The notes under the pieces: generated by a model
Seen by the model: the letters and a program-made list of their open reading frames with translations, nothing else
Databases searched by the model: none
What the model was told of the DNA's origin: nothing
Shown: positions 10,075-19,639 of the stretch, one piece after another
How positions within the stretch are numbered: position 1 is the stretch's first letter
Layout of the letters: each line of letters begins with the position of its first letter
NCBI GenBank assembly: GCA_963810755.1
Contig: CAWEOP010000008.1
Span: 484,003 to 548,002 of the forward strand
DNA: 64,000 nt
Origin: an uncultured Gammaproteobacteria bacterium
Lineage (GTDB): Bacteria > Pseudomonadota > Gammaproteobacteria > Steroidobacterales > Rariloculaceae
Direction: 5' to 3'
Made by a program: the position numbers and the translations under genes

Positions 10075-11109
10075 TCATTGCTGGTAGCCCGGTTTGCACG
10101 CGTACGGCTCCGGATCGCGCGGGCTGCGCACGAATCGTTCCGTCTGCGTCACGGGCTCCTTGAAATACGCAGGGTCGTCGATCGTCCACGTGATCTCGAG
10201 ATCGCCCGTCGCGGGATTCACCGCGAGCGTCTCCGCGAGCTTCAAATTCTCGGTGTGTAGCACGCCGAAGCGCGGCTCGAGCGTCGCCGCGACGAAGTGG
10301 TCGGTGGCTGCGACGAGCGTCTTGCCGTCGAAATGCCCGAGCGAATAACCCATCGTGCTGCGCGCGACCTCAGCGGCCGGCGAACGCCCGTCGAGATGAA
10401 CGACGCGCCGGCTGTCCATGAAGCGGTGGTCGACGACGACGGTATCGCCCTCGAGCTTGATCTCGAACGGCTCGTTGACGTTCACCCAGAAGCGCACGGG
10501 GCTCGCGGGATCGCAGTAGATCGCCGGGTCGTCCTTGATCGGATCGAACGCGGCGCGCGCCTTCTCGCCGGCGGCCGTGAGCTGGCCTTCGTAAGTCGAC
10601 ACGGTGAAGCGCTTCATCGTCCACACGCCGACGATCGACGTCGGGTCGGGGGGCGCTTCTGCCGCCGGAGCCACGGTCGGCGCGAACAACGCGGTGCTTT
10701 GCAGCACGTGGCCGTCGGCGAAGTGAGCAACGCGGAATGCGCAGCCCGTCGGATTGTGGCGCGCCGCGACGCCTTCGATCGTGATCGGCTCGCCGGGCTT
10801 GAACGACTCGGTCGTGAGACCGTTGCGCGACAACACCGACCGCGACGCCATCTCGCAGCTCCAGATCTGCTTCGTGCCCGCCGCGTCGCTGGTCTCGATG
10901 TAGATGAACGAGTGCGGGTTGATGAACTCGAACCGCGAGACGACGCCCTTGATCGTCACGGGCTTGGTCACGTCGTAATGCGGCGCGACGCCGTGGTGGG
11001 CGAGGCCGGGCGCGGCAAGAACGAGCGCCGCGAGGCCCGCGATGTAGCTGCTCCGTCTCACAGCGCTTCCCCCTCCGGCGCGCCGTCGATGCAGGCTAGT
11101 ATGAACCAC
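10075..11109 (-). CDS. Secreted DUF6152-like / 'GHW[DE]G'-domain fusion protein
   Basis: 344 aa. Signal peptide ..APGLA|HHGVAPHYD, INPH, then C-terminal half with GYSLGHFDGKTLVAATDHF and the conserved Cys pair (IYCDP.., PYACKP). Confidence 0.7.
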   Translation of the reverse strand: MVHTSLHRRRAGGGSAVRRSSYIAGLAALVLAAPGLAHHGVAPHYDVTKPVTIKGVVSRFEFINPHSFIYIETSDAAGTKQIWSCEMASRSVLSRNGLTTESFKPGEPITIEGVAARHNPTGCAFRVAHFADGHVLQSTALFAPTVAPAAEAPPDPTSIVGVWTMKRFTVSTYEGQLTAAGEKARAAFDPIKDDPAIYCDPASPVRFWVNVNEPFEIKLEGDTVVVDHRFMDSRRVVHLDGRSPAAEVARSTMGYSLGHFDGKTLVAATDHFVAATLEPRFGVLHTENLKLAETLAVNPATGDLEITWTIDDPAYFKEPVTQTERFVRSPRDPEPYACKPGYQQ

Positions 11110-11196
11110 ACGCGTCGCCGCCGGCTATGCGGTCGCGGCGCGGTCGGCTACAGTCGTGCCGGCGCAATTCGGCGGCTCGCCGAACAGGAGGGCAGA

Positions 11197-11904
11197 ATGA
11201 AGACGTTCGCAGCGCTCGCGGCCGCGTTTCTTTTCATCTTCGCTCCGTACGCGCGCGCGGCCGCGCGCGCGATCGACTACCCGAGCGTTGCGGCGGTGCT
11301 CGACGCGCTGCACGCCGACGCCGCCACGCAATTCGAATCGCAAGACGGATGGGTGCTCGCTGCAACGAGCGAGCGCGGCAATCCCGTGCTGTGGTCGTTC
11401 ACGCCGGAGGGCCATCCCGCGCATCCCGCGGTCGTGAAGCGCACGGCGCTCGAGAAGAAAGGCACGGGCTACGTCGAGCTCGACACGTTGTGTCAGGGAC
11501 CGGAGGCCGAGTGCGTCCGATTGCTCGAGCAGTTCAAGCAGATCAATCAACAAATCGCGCAGAGCAATCTCGCGAAGCGAATCTTCCTCGACGTCGGCAT
11601 CGCGCAGAACGATCACGACCGCGTACGCGTGAAGCGCTTGCTCGCGGAGGAAGGCAAAGCGGCCGAGATTCGAATGGACGACTTGCTGAAGGTCGTGATC
11701 GTGCCCTCGTGGGACGCGCTCCGCGGCGTGATGCTCTGGACGGCGATGTACGAGTTCGATGGCAGCGACTTTAGATTGTCCGCGCAACCGACGCTCGCGG
11801 CTCCGGGCGCTGGCACGGCGCGGATCGACGTTCCGGCGTTGTCGGGCGACACGTTTCGGTTCTCGATTACGCCGCTGCTCGCTGCCGCGGAAGCGGGACT
11901 TTGA
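11197..11904 (+). CDS. Hypothetical secreted protein
   Basis: ATG at 11197 with GGAG-like RBS, signal peptide MKTFAALAAAFLFIFAPYARA. The 300 codons upstream in ORF 10297..11904 are antisense to the neighbouring gene and were discarded. Confidence 0.55.
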   Translation: MKTFAALAAAFLFIFAPYARAAARAIDYPSVAAVLDALHADAATQFESQDGWVLAATSERGNPVLWSFTPEGHPAHPAVVKRTALEKKGTGYVELDTLCQGPEAECVRLLEQFKQINQQIAQSNLAKRIFLDVGIAQNDHDRVRVKRLLAEEGKAAEIRMDDLLKVVIVPSWDALRGVMLWTAMYEFDGSDFRLSAQPTLAAPGAGTARIDVPALSGDTFRFSITPLLAAAEAGL

Positions 11905-11962
11905 CCCGACGTCTTGCTAGGGTAATTCCGGTCGACTGGTCGCCGGATTCGAGGGCAGCATC

Positions 11963-13090
11963 ATGATCGCCAGCAAGCTTCTGGTCCCGGGGCTCCTCGT
12001 CGCGGGTCTCGCAGCGACTGCGGCGCACGCACAGGGGATCGGCGATGGTCCGGGAGCGCCGCCGTCGAAGGAACGTTCCGTGCCCGCCGAGACGACGGCC
12101 GCGGCGTTCAAGAACCCGAAGTGGCGCGCGCCGCGCACGTCCTGGGGCGATCCGAGCCTCGAGGGGCAGTGGAGCGTCGACGACATGCGCGGCATCCCGC
12201 GCGATCGGCCCGAGGCGATGGGGACGCGCGAGTCGCTCGACGCCGATGAATTCCTGAAGCGCGCGAGCCAGCAGCAGGGGGGCTCCGACCGGTCGAAGCA
12301 AGAGGAGACCTTCTTGCGCAACGAGTGGGGCACCCGCACGTTCGGCTACTCGTCGCTCGTCGTCGATCCGCCGAACGGCCGCGTACCCGCGCTCACGGAC
12401 GCCGGCAAAGCGCGCGCGGAGGCGACCGCTCGAGTCGGCACGTTCGGTCCGGGCCCGTTCGACAAGTTCGAAGACTTCTCGCTGTACGATCGCTGCATCA
12501 CGCGCGGTATCTTCGGCTCGGTGCTGCCATCGATCTACGGCAACGGCATCCGGATCGCGCAGAGCCCGACGGAAGTGTCGGTGACGTACGAAATGATCCA
12601 CGACACGCGAATCATCCCGCTCGAGAATCGTCCGCATATCGACGGTTCCGTCCAGCAGTACATGGGCAACGCTCGCGGTCACTGGGAGGGGGACACGCTC
12701 GTCGTCGAGAGCACGAACTTCACGGACAAGACGGGTGCCGGCGCTCGCGGCCCGACGAGCACGGAGCTCAAGGTGACCGAACGATATCGGCGCGTCGATC
12801 CCAAGATGATCGAGTACCGGGCGACGATCGAGGATCCCGCGACGTTCACGGCGCCCTTCACCTACCGGGTGATGATTACGTCACAGCCGAACTACGAGGT
12901 CTACGAATACTCTTGTCACGAGGGCAACGGCGCCGTGGGTCACGCGCTGAGTGGCGAGCGCGCGTTCGAGCGCCAGGTGGAAGAGGCGAAAGCGAAGGGT
13001 CTGCCGGTTCCGAAGCGCGCGGATGGTCTGACGATCTATCGCGCGCCGGCGGAAGGCTCGGAAGTGTTCAACATCAACTCCGGCGAGTAA
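11963..13090 (+). CDS. Secreted protein, larger stand-alone member of the 'GHW[DE]G' domain family
   Basis: 375 aa, signal peptide ..AATAAHAQG, motifs LYDRCITRG, GNARGHWEGDTLVVESTNF, YEYSCHEGN. Confidence 0.65.
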   Translation: MIASKLLVPGLLVAGLAATAAHAQGIGDGPGAPPSKERSVPAETTAAAFKNPKWRAPRTSWGDPSLEGQWSVDDMRGIPRDRPEAMGTRESLDADEFLKRASQQQGGSDRSKQEETFLRNEWGTRTFGYSSLVVDPPNGRVPALTDAGKARAEATARVGTFGPGPFDKFEDFSLYDRCITRGIFGSVLPSIYGNGIRIAQSPTEVSVTYEMIHDTRIIPLENRPHIDGSVQQYMGNARGHWEGDTLVVESTNFTDKTGAGARGPTSTELKVTERYRRVDPKMIEYRATIEDPATFTAPFTYRVMITSQPNYEVYEYSCHEGNGAVGHALSGERAFERQVEEAKAKGLPVPKRADGLTIYRAPAEGSEVFNINSGE

Positions 13091-13140
13091 GTCACCGGGG
13101 GAACTGCGCAGGGTGGGCCGCCGGCTCGCCCGAGGTGCCT

Positions 13141-13443
13141 ATGACGACGCTGATATACGTCCTGCTCGCGGTGGCGCTCGTCGTGTTCGTGATGGTCATG
13201 GTGCGCGCCGCGGGCTCGCGGCGGCGCACGCGCAAGCTGCGCAGCGCTCAATCCGCGGGCACCGACGACTCTCCGACGGGTTACGTGCAGGGGGTCTGGC
13301 TGCTCGGCGGCGCCGATTCGGCAACCCCGCACGGGCAACACCATCGACCGGGCCATCACGGCTCGGGGCATCATGGCTCCGGCCATGACGGCGCGGCGCA
13401 TGGCGGCGGAGATGCGAGTGACGGCGGCGGCGGATCGGACTGA
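13141..13443 (+). CDS. Small single-TM protein with His/Gly-rich C-terminal tail
   Basis: ATG at 13141, TM helix LIYVLLAVALVVFVMVMV, tail HGQHHRPGHHGSGHHGSGHDGAAHGGGDASDGGGGSD. Confidence 0.45.
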   Translation: MTTLIYVLLAVALVVFVMVMVRAAGSRRRTRKLRSAQSAGTDDSPTGYVQGVWLLGGADSATPHGQHHRPGHHGSGHHGSGHDGAAHGGGDASDGGGGSD

Positions 13444-13612
13444 GCCGTCGCTCCCCGCCACGCGCTGCGCTCCGTGGCGCCTTCGTGCTTCGCGCCGTCG
13501 CCGTCCGGCGTTTGACAGAACCACTTTTTCCGCGCCGACCCCTACTTCCCCGGAGCGCCGCGTGCTACATAGGGAGCACGCCCGCCGTTCGCGATGCGAG
13601 CCTGGATCACAG

Positions 13613-13870
13613 ATGGAACCCATCACCGTTGCGCAGTTGTTGATGCTATTGATCGTCGGGCTCCTGCTGTTTCGCACGCAGGGTGGTCCGACGCGGCGCG
13701 GTTGGCGAGGATTTCGCCGCGACCCGAGCATCTTCCCCGTGTTCTCGGGGGAGGATGCGCAGCGCCGCGAGTCCGATTGGCTGCGCGAGCGCTCGAAGCG
13801 CTTCCCGCTGTGGCTGATTGGCGCGATCTTCCTGCTCGTCGGTGCGCTCAACTGGTGGCTGAATCGCTGA
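13613..13870 (+). CDS. Small two-TM membrane protein, unknown function
   Basis: ATG at 13613. 85 aa with N- and C-terminal hydrophobic helices. Coding status is supported only by ORF and hydrophobicity. Confidence 0.4.
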   Translation: MEPITVAQLLMLLIVGLLLFRTQGGPTRRGWRGFRRDPSIFPVFSGEDAQRRESDWLRERSKRFPLWLIGAIFLLVGALNWWLNR

Positions 13871-13880
13871 TCGCGCACTC

Positions 13881-14885
13881 GTGAACGCACGAAGTTGGAC
13901 CGTTTCGCTACTGCTGGCCGCGGCGCCGGCAGCCGCGCATCACAGCGCGGCGCTGTTCGACACGACCAAGCAGGTCACTCTCGACGGCGTGATCACGAAG
14001 TACGACTGGCGTAATCCGCACGTCTACATGGCGATCCGGATGACGGGCGCCGACGGCGGCGTCGTCGACCAGGAGATCGAGGCGGGCGCGAGCTCCGTGC
14101 TGCTGCCCCTCGGGCTCACGCCCGATGCCGTCGCGATCGGCGAACGCGTGACCGTGCGCGGGAACCCGTCGCGCAGCGGCGCGGGCCACATGGTGCTCGG
14201 CCGCGAGCTCGTAAAAGCCGACGGCTCGGTGCTGCCGCTCAACATCAACTCGGCCGCGAGCCGCGTAGCGCCGCAGAACGTGACCGCGACATCGATCGCG
14301 GGCACCTGGTTTCCGCCGCGCGAGAATTTCTATGCGTTCCTCGGCACGCGGCGCGACTGGTCGCTCACGGACCTCGGCGAGAAGGCCTCCGCCGCATTCA
14401 GCAATCGCGAGACTGCGCAGCAGGACTGCATCCCGGTGACTGCACCCACGCTGATGCTCTATCCCGTCACGAGCGTGATCGAGGTGGCAGCCGACGTCGT
14501 GAAGATGCACGTCGACTGGATGGCGTCCGAGCGCGTCGTCTATATGGATGGCCGCAACCACCCGGCGAACGCCTCGCCGACGCTCCACGGTCACTCGATC
14601 GGTCACTGGGAAGGGGAGACGCTGCTCGTCGAAACCACCCAGTTCGCTCCTCACAAGGAAGGTAATGCGATGGGTATGCCGTCGGGCGCGCGTAAGCACC
14701 TCGTCGAGCGTTTCTCGGTGAGCGACGACCGCAAGCATCTGCAATACGACGTCGTGCTGGAGGATCCAGATTATCTCGCGGCGCCGGTGACGTATTCGTC
14801 ACAGTGGAACTATCGGCCCGACCTCGTGCCGACAGGTCTCAAGTGCGACCTCGACGTCGCGCGCCGCTTCCTCACGCAAGACTAA
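13881..14885 (+). CDS. Secreted DUF6152-like / 'GHW[DE]G'-domain fusion protein
   Basis: GTG start. ..AAPAAA|HHSAALFD, RNPH, GHSIGHWEGETLLVETTQF, conserved Cys (QQDCIP, GLKCDLD). Confidence 0.7.
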   Translation: MNARSWTVSLLLAAAPAAAHHSAALFDTTKQVTLDGVITKYDWRNPHVYMAIRMTGADGGVVDQEIEAGASSVLLPLGLTPDAVAIGERVTVRGNPSRSGAGHMVLGRELVKADGSVLPLNINSAASRVAPQNVTATSIAGTWFPPRENFYAFLGTRRDWSLTDLGEKASAAFSNRETAQQDCIPVTAPTLMLYPVTSVIEVAADVVKMHVDWMASERVVYMDGRNHPANASPTLHGHSIGHWEGETLLVETTQFAPHKEGNAMGMPSGARKHLVERFSVSDDRKHLQYDVVLEDPDYLAAPVTYSSQWNYRPDLVPTGLKCDLDVARRFLTQD

Positions 14886-16327
14886 CCGCGCGCGGCGCGA
14901 GCGTGGGCGCGCCACGACCACGTCACGAGCACCGCCAGCACGACCAGCACCAGCGCTGTGAGCGCCGTCGACGCGATGTCGACGCCATGCGTGAACGAAG
15001 CGAGCAGGCTGGGGTCGGCGCCGGGGTCGACGGCCGCGAGGGACGGCGGGTACCCGGCCGCCCCCATCGTGAGCGTGACGATCACGGTGCCGAACGCGAT
15101 CCCGACGACGTTGCCCGAGTTCCTACAAAGGCTCACGAAACCTGCGGCCACGCCGTGCGAGCTCGGCTCGACCGTGTTCAGGATGGACGCCGAGTTCGCT
15201 GCGCTGAAGAACGACATGCCGAGTGACATCATCATCAGTCCCGCGACGACGGTCGAGATGGGAGTCGCGACGTGCAACGCCGTGAACGCCGCGAAGCCGA
15301 GCGTCGTGAGCCCCATGCCGATGTTCGCGAACAGCCGCACGCCCCAACGATCCGCGAAGCGGCCCGCGAACGGGGCCGCGACCGCCGTGACGACGGCCGC
15401 CGGCACGATCAAGAGGCCCACATGCTCGGCCGACAGTCCCCTGACCGACTGCAAGAAAAAAGGCACGAGGAAGCGCGTCGATGCGATTCCCATGAACGTC
15501 ACCAGCGCGGCGAGCGCGCCGAGCGCGAACTCGGCGTTGTTGAAGAGCTTCAGATCCATCATCGGCGTCGAGTGGCGCCGCTCGATGACCACGAACATCG
15601 CGAGCAGCACGAGCGCACCGGCGCCGAGCGCGAGCGTCGAGGGTGCGCGCCAGCCGGCGACGGGGCCGAGCGTGAGCGTGAGCAACAGGCTCACGAGAAA
15701 GGTGGAAAACGCGAGCGCGCCCCAATAGTCGAACGGCTCGTCGACTCTCGGGCGCTGCGGGCGCCGCCGCAGCGTGCGCTGCGCAACGATCGAGATCGCG
15801 AGCATCGCGGCCGCGGTGATCGCGAACAGCATCCGCCAGCCCACGGTGCCCGTGAGAAGTCCGCCGAGCGACGGCCCCACGATCGACCCCAGGCCGACGA
15901 ACCCGAGCTGCAGCCCGAGCATCTTGGCGCGCTGGTTCGCTTCGAAGCTGCTGACGAGAATGGCCATGGCGGTTCCTTGCGTCATCGCGGAACCGATGCC
16001 GACGAACACGCGCGCGCCGATGAGGCCGTAGATCGTGCTCGACCTCGCGGCGAACAGCGCGCCGAGCGCGAAGAACAACGCGCCGACGACGTAGATCCGC
16101 TTGCGCCCGATCAGGTCCGAGACTCGCCCGACGGGCACGAGCAGCGCCGCGATCGTGAGACCGTTGCCGATGATCACCCACTGGGCCGTCGGCAAGTCCG
16201 TGCCGAACTCGCGCGCGATCGTCGGTAGCGCGACGATCGAGGAGCTCGTGTCGAACACCGTGATGAAGATGCCGATCACGCATACGAAAAAGACGGCGTA
16301 TTTGTGCTCGAGACGGAACGATGACAT
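14882..16327 (-). CDS. MFS transporter, DHA2 (EmrB/QacA-like, 14-TM) drug:H+ antiporter family
   Basis: Start chosen at ATG 16327 (MSSFRLEHKYAVFFVCVIGIFITVFDTSSSIVALPTIAREF). 481 aa, 14 predicted helices, GRVSDLIGRKR motif. Confidence 0.85.
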   Translation of the reverse strand: MSSFRLEHKYAVFFVCVIGIFITVFDTSSSIVALPTIAREFGTDLPTAQWVIIGNGLTIAALLVPVGRVSDLIGRKRIYVVGALFFALGALFAARSSTIYGLIGARVFVGIGSAMTQGTAMAILVSSFEANQRAKMLGLQLGFVGLGSIVGPSLGGLLTGTVGWRMLFAITAAAMLAISIVAQRTLRRRPQRPRVDEPFDYWGALAFSTFLVSLLLTLTLGPVAGWRAPSTLALGAGALVLLAMFVVIERRHSTPMMDLKLFNNAEFALGALAALVTFMGIASTRFLVPFFLQSVRGLSAEHVGLLIVPAAVVTAVAAPFAGRFADRWGVRLFANIGMGLTTLGFAAFTALHVATPISTVVAGLMMMSLGMSFFSAANSASILNTVEPSSHGVAAGFVSLCRNSGNVVGIAFGTVIVTLTMGAAGYPPSLAAVDPGADPSLLASFTHGVDIASTALTALVLVVLAVLVTWSWRAHARAARG

Positions 16328-16503
16328 TGGGGGCGGGCCGGCTGTTTCTTGCGGGACGCGCCATGGTAGGTCCCGCGGTCGGCCGGAGCCAGTGCGGCGC
16401 GCAGAGGTATTCGTGTGCGGGCGACGGTACACTGCATGTGCGCGTCGGTAACGCGCCGCAAAGCCGGCCGACGGAAAGGTTGATGGATTGGGGAGGGAGC
16501 TCG

Positions 16504-17581
16504 ATGCGCTTCGGAAACGCCGCCGCTCACAGCGCGCTCGGCGTGCCCGCACTGATCTTCGGTGTCGTTCTGCTCGCGCCGAACGCTCGCGCGCATCACA
16601 GCGTCGCCGCGTGGTTCGACACGACGGTCACGCTCACGGAGCTCGAAGGCGAGGTCACGCAGATGCGCTGGCAAAACCCGCACGTGGTTTTCACGATGCG
16701 CGTAGCGAGCGAGGGTGGCGAAGCTCAGCTGTGGGATATCGAGACCTTGTCGATCAGCGGCATCCAGCGCTGGGGTATCTCCGAAGACCTGTTCGGTGTC
16801 GGCGACCGGTTGCAAGGTCGCGGGTAATCCGTCGCGCCGCAACTCGAACAACTTGTTCGTGCGCAACATTCTGCTGCCGAGCGGGCGCGAGATCGTGCTC
16901 GGCGGCTCCGCGCGCTGGTCCGAGCAGACGCTGCGTGGCTCGGAGGTGCTGCAGGCACAGGAGGGTGATTCGTCGCGGCCGGAGCTCGGTCTCTTCCGCA
17001 CCTGGAGCAGCGGCTCGGGCGGCGGGTTCTTATTCCCCGAGGCGCTCGACCCGAAATTCGATTTCGGGCGCTACCCGCTGACCGTAGCCGCCAAGGCTGC
17101 GCTCGCGGCGTTCGATTTCGCGGCCGACGATCCGACCAACGACTGCTCGCCGAAAGGCATGCCGACGATCATGGAGCAACCGTACCCGCTCGAGTTTGCA
17201 GACCTGGGTGCACGCATCGAGATCCGGATGGAGGAGTACGACACGCAGCGCTCGATCCACATGGGTGCCGCGGGCGCCGCGGGAGAAGCGGCCGCCGCGC
17301 CGTCGCTCAACGGTTATTCGGTCGGACGCTGGGACGGCCGCACGCTCGTCGTGACGACGACGAAGTCGAGCTGGGGGCATTTCGACAGCGTCGGAATCCC
17401 ACTCAGCGAGGCGGCGGTGATCGTCGAGCGTTTCACGCCGTCGGACGACGGCGCGCGGCTCGGCTATTCGCTGACCGTGACGGATGCCGCGACGTTCACG
17501 GCCCCAGTCGAGATGAAGAAGTTCTGGATCTGGCGCCCGGAGATCGAGGTCGAGCGCTATTCCTGCGTCCCGGTCGGCTAG
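16504..17581 (+). pseudogene. Secreted DUF6152-like / 'GHW[DE]G'-domain fusion protein, one frameshift near 16808-16816
   Basis: ORF 16321..16827 gives ..NARA|HHSVAAWFD..QNPH..GVGDRLQ, then hits a stop. ORF 16715..17581 continues VAGNPSRR... to GYSVGRWDGRTLVVTTT and YSCVP. Confidence 0.65.
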
Positions 17582-17594
17582 CTCGTCACCGCCC

Positions 17595-18029
17595 CTAGGG
17601 CTTCGCGTCGGCGACGAAGCCGGCTTGCTCGATGCCGAACGCGCACACGGCTTCGTCCTCGTCGCCGGTGCCGCCGCTCGCGCCCGCGGAGCCGACGATC
17701 GCGCCGGCCGCGTCGCGGATCAGCACGCCGCCGGTCTGCGGCAGGAACTTGCCGTGGGCCGTGGCCGCGAGCGTCACGAAGAAGTTCGGGTTGTCCTTTG
17801 CGCGGCCCGCGAGCGCGCGGCTCGACGCGCCCATCGCGACGGCGGCCCAGGCTTTGCCGGTGGCGACGTCGAACCGGAACATGCTCGCGCCGTCCTCGCG
17901 CTGCATCGCTTTGAGGTGGCCGCCTTCGTCGAGCACGACGACGCTGACCGGCTTGATCTTCATCTCGCGCGCCTTCTCGAGCGCCTTCGCGATGATCTTG
18001 TTTGCTTGTGCGAGGCTCAACGTCGTCAT
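17595..18029 (-). CDS. GlcG/HbpS-like heme-binding (DUF336) protein
   Basis: Start ATG at 18029. 144 aa with the typical A..KA..AV.....S pattern and the SAGASGGTGDEDEAVC motif. Confidence 0.8.
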   Translation of the reverse strand: MTTLSLAQANKIIAKALEKAREMKIKPVSVVVLDEGGHLKAMQREDGASMFRFDVATGKAWAAVAMGASSRALAGRAKDNPNFFVTLAATAHGKFLPQTGGVLIRDAAGAIVGSAGASGGTGDEDEAVCAFGIEQAGFVADAKP

Positions 18030-18173
18030 CGTTCTTCTCCAGTGAACGCCTAAGCCCGCGCAGCATAGCCGTCCGGAGCGGATTCGCAAGCGCTCGCTCT
18101 CCTTGGGTCCGATGGCGTACGCGATCTAGAATGCCGGGGTCGCGGCCTCCGGCCGCGAGAGGAACGCAAGCAG

Positions 18174-19004
18174 ATGGGCTCTCCGTGCATCATCACCGTT
18201 GCCATCACCGGCTCGGTTCCGACCAAGAAAGACAATCCCGCAGTGCCGATCACTGTCGCCGAGCAGATCGAGTCGACGCACGCCGCGTACGAGGCAGGCG
18301 CGTCGCTCGTGCATGTCCACGTGCGCAACGACGACGGCACCACCACCTCCGACCCCGAGCGGTTCGGCCGCTTCCTCGCCGGTATCCGCGAGCATTGCCC
18401 CGACATGATCGTGCAGTTCTCGACCGGCGGCCGCAGTGGTTCTGGCGTCGAGCGCGGCGGAATGCTATTTCATGCGCCCGATATGGCGTCGCTCGCGACG
18501 GGCTCGGTGAACTTCAAGACGATGATTTATGAGAACCATCCGAAGCTCATCGTCGATCTCGCGCGGCGGATGCTCGAGCACGACGTGAAGGCCGAGGTCG
18601 AGATCTTCGACCTCGCGATGCTCTACAACGCCGCGCAGCTCGTCGCCGACGGGTTGCTCAAGCCGCCGGTGCACGTGCAGTTCGTGCTCGGCATTCCGAA
18701 CTCGCTGCCCGCCGACCGGCAGGTGCTCGAGTTCGAGATCGCGCAGCTCGAGCGCGTTCTGCCGGGTGCGACGTGGACCGCGGCCGGCGTCGGCCGTTAC
18801 CAGCTGATCGTCAACGAGTGGACGCTCGAGCTCGGCGGCCATTGCCGCACGGGGCTCGAGGACAACGTCAGGTTCGACAAGACCCGGCTTGCCGCCAGCA
18901 ACGCGGAGCTCGTCGCGCGCGTCGCGGCGCTCGCGGGGAAGTACGGGCGCACGGTCGCGACGCCGGCCGAAGCCCGAAAGATTCTCGCGTTGCGGGCGAC
19001 CTGA
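18174..19004 (+). CDS. 3-keto-5-aminohexanoate cleavage enzyme family (BKACE/DUF849)
   Basis: 276 aa. N-terminal CIITVAITGS..T..NP.VPIT..E......AYEAGAS.VHVHVR signature of BKACE TIM barrels. Confidence 0.85.
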   Translation: MGSPCIITVAITGSVPTKKDNPAVPITVAEQIESTHAAYEAGASLVHVHVRNDDGTTTSDPERFGRFLAGIREHCPDMIVQFSTGGRSGSGVERGGMLFHAPDMASLATGSVNFKTMIYENHPKLIVDLARRMLEHDVKAEVEIFDLAMLYNAAQLVADGLLKPPVHVQFVLGIPNSLPADRQVLEFEIAQLERVLPGATWTAAGVGRYQLIVNEWTLELGGHCRTGLEDNVRFDKTRLAASNAELVARVAALAGKYGRTVATPAEARKILALRAT

Positions 19005-19015
19005 GGGAGGTCATC

Positions 19016-19399
19016 ATGGAGCTAGTTTTCGCCGTGATTCTGCTGGCGTTGATCGAGTACATCGTGTTCACGGGGCTCGTCGGTCGGGCGCGCGGCAAGT
19101 ACAAGGTGCCCGCGCCCGCAATGACCGGACACCCGGACTTCGAGCGCGCGAACCGCGTTCACCAGAACACGCTCGAGAGCCTCATCGTTTTCATTCCCGC
19201 CCTCTGGATTTTCGGTCTGTATCTGAGTCCCCGCTGGGGCGCGGCGCTCGGCGTGCTATTCATCATCGCGCGCGCGATCTACGCCGTCGGGTATCTTCGC
19301 GCGGCCGAGAAGCGCGGACCCGGCGCAGGCCTGACCGGCCTCGTGAACATCGCGCTCGTGGTCGGCGCCCTGGTCGGCGTCGTGCGTGCGCTGGTCTAG
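19016..19399 (+). CDS. MAPEG-family membrane protein
   Basis: ATG at 19016. 127 aa, 3-4 TM helices, RAH/NTLE motif (FERANRVHQNTLESL) typical of MAPEG proteins. Confidence 0.7.
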   Translation: MELVFAVILLALIEYIVFTGLVGRARGKYKVPAPAMTGHPDFERANRVHQNTLESLIVFIPALWIFGLYLSPRWGAALGVLFIIARAIYAVGYLRAAEKRGPGAGLTGLVNIALVVGALVGVVRALV

Positions 19400-19525
19400 G
19401 CGGTCTTGCGCACGAAGTTTCGCAGCGCGTGACGAGGTCGCATCGCGTTTTCCGCCCGAGCGGCGGGGTCAAGAATCGTGAAGCTTGGCTGCCGCGCGCC
19501 CGCAATTCGCGTGGCAGATCGCGGC

Positions 19526-19575
19526 GCTAACGGCGTTAACGGCCCGGATCATAACGGTTATTTAACGCTGCGTTC
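19526..19575. promoter_or_regulatory. Cluster of three short palindromes (TAACGgCGTTA, TAACgGTTA, AACGCtGCGTT), candidate operator upstream of the metal-uptake operon
   Basis: Read directly: gcTAACGGCGTTAACGGcccggatcaTAACGGTTAtTTAACGCTGCGTTc, 65-115 nt upstream of the ATG at 19640, in a locally AT-richer patch. Confidence 0.35.
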
Positions 19576-19639
19576 AGGAGCGGCGGGTATAGGATAGCGC
19601 GTCGTCAAAGGTGTGGCGGTCGGTTGAGGAGTAGACGTA

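Noticed and set aside
10297-11196. N-terminal 300 codons of ORF 10297..11904 (which would give a 535-aa protein)
   Set aside because: This part is antisense to the DUF6152-fusion gene 10075..11109 and looks non-protein-like. A clean start with a signal peptide exists at 11197.
19400-19639. Possible riboswitch or small RNA upstream of the metal locus; also checked in the intergenic regions 25525..25724, 30618..30867 and 33138..33265
   Set aside because: I could not recognise any tRNA cloverleaf or known riboswitch core (cobalamin, NiCo, etc.) by eye. Only the short DNA palindromes at 19526..19575 stood out. A covariance-model scan would be needed to exclude RNAs.
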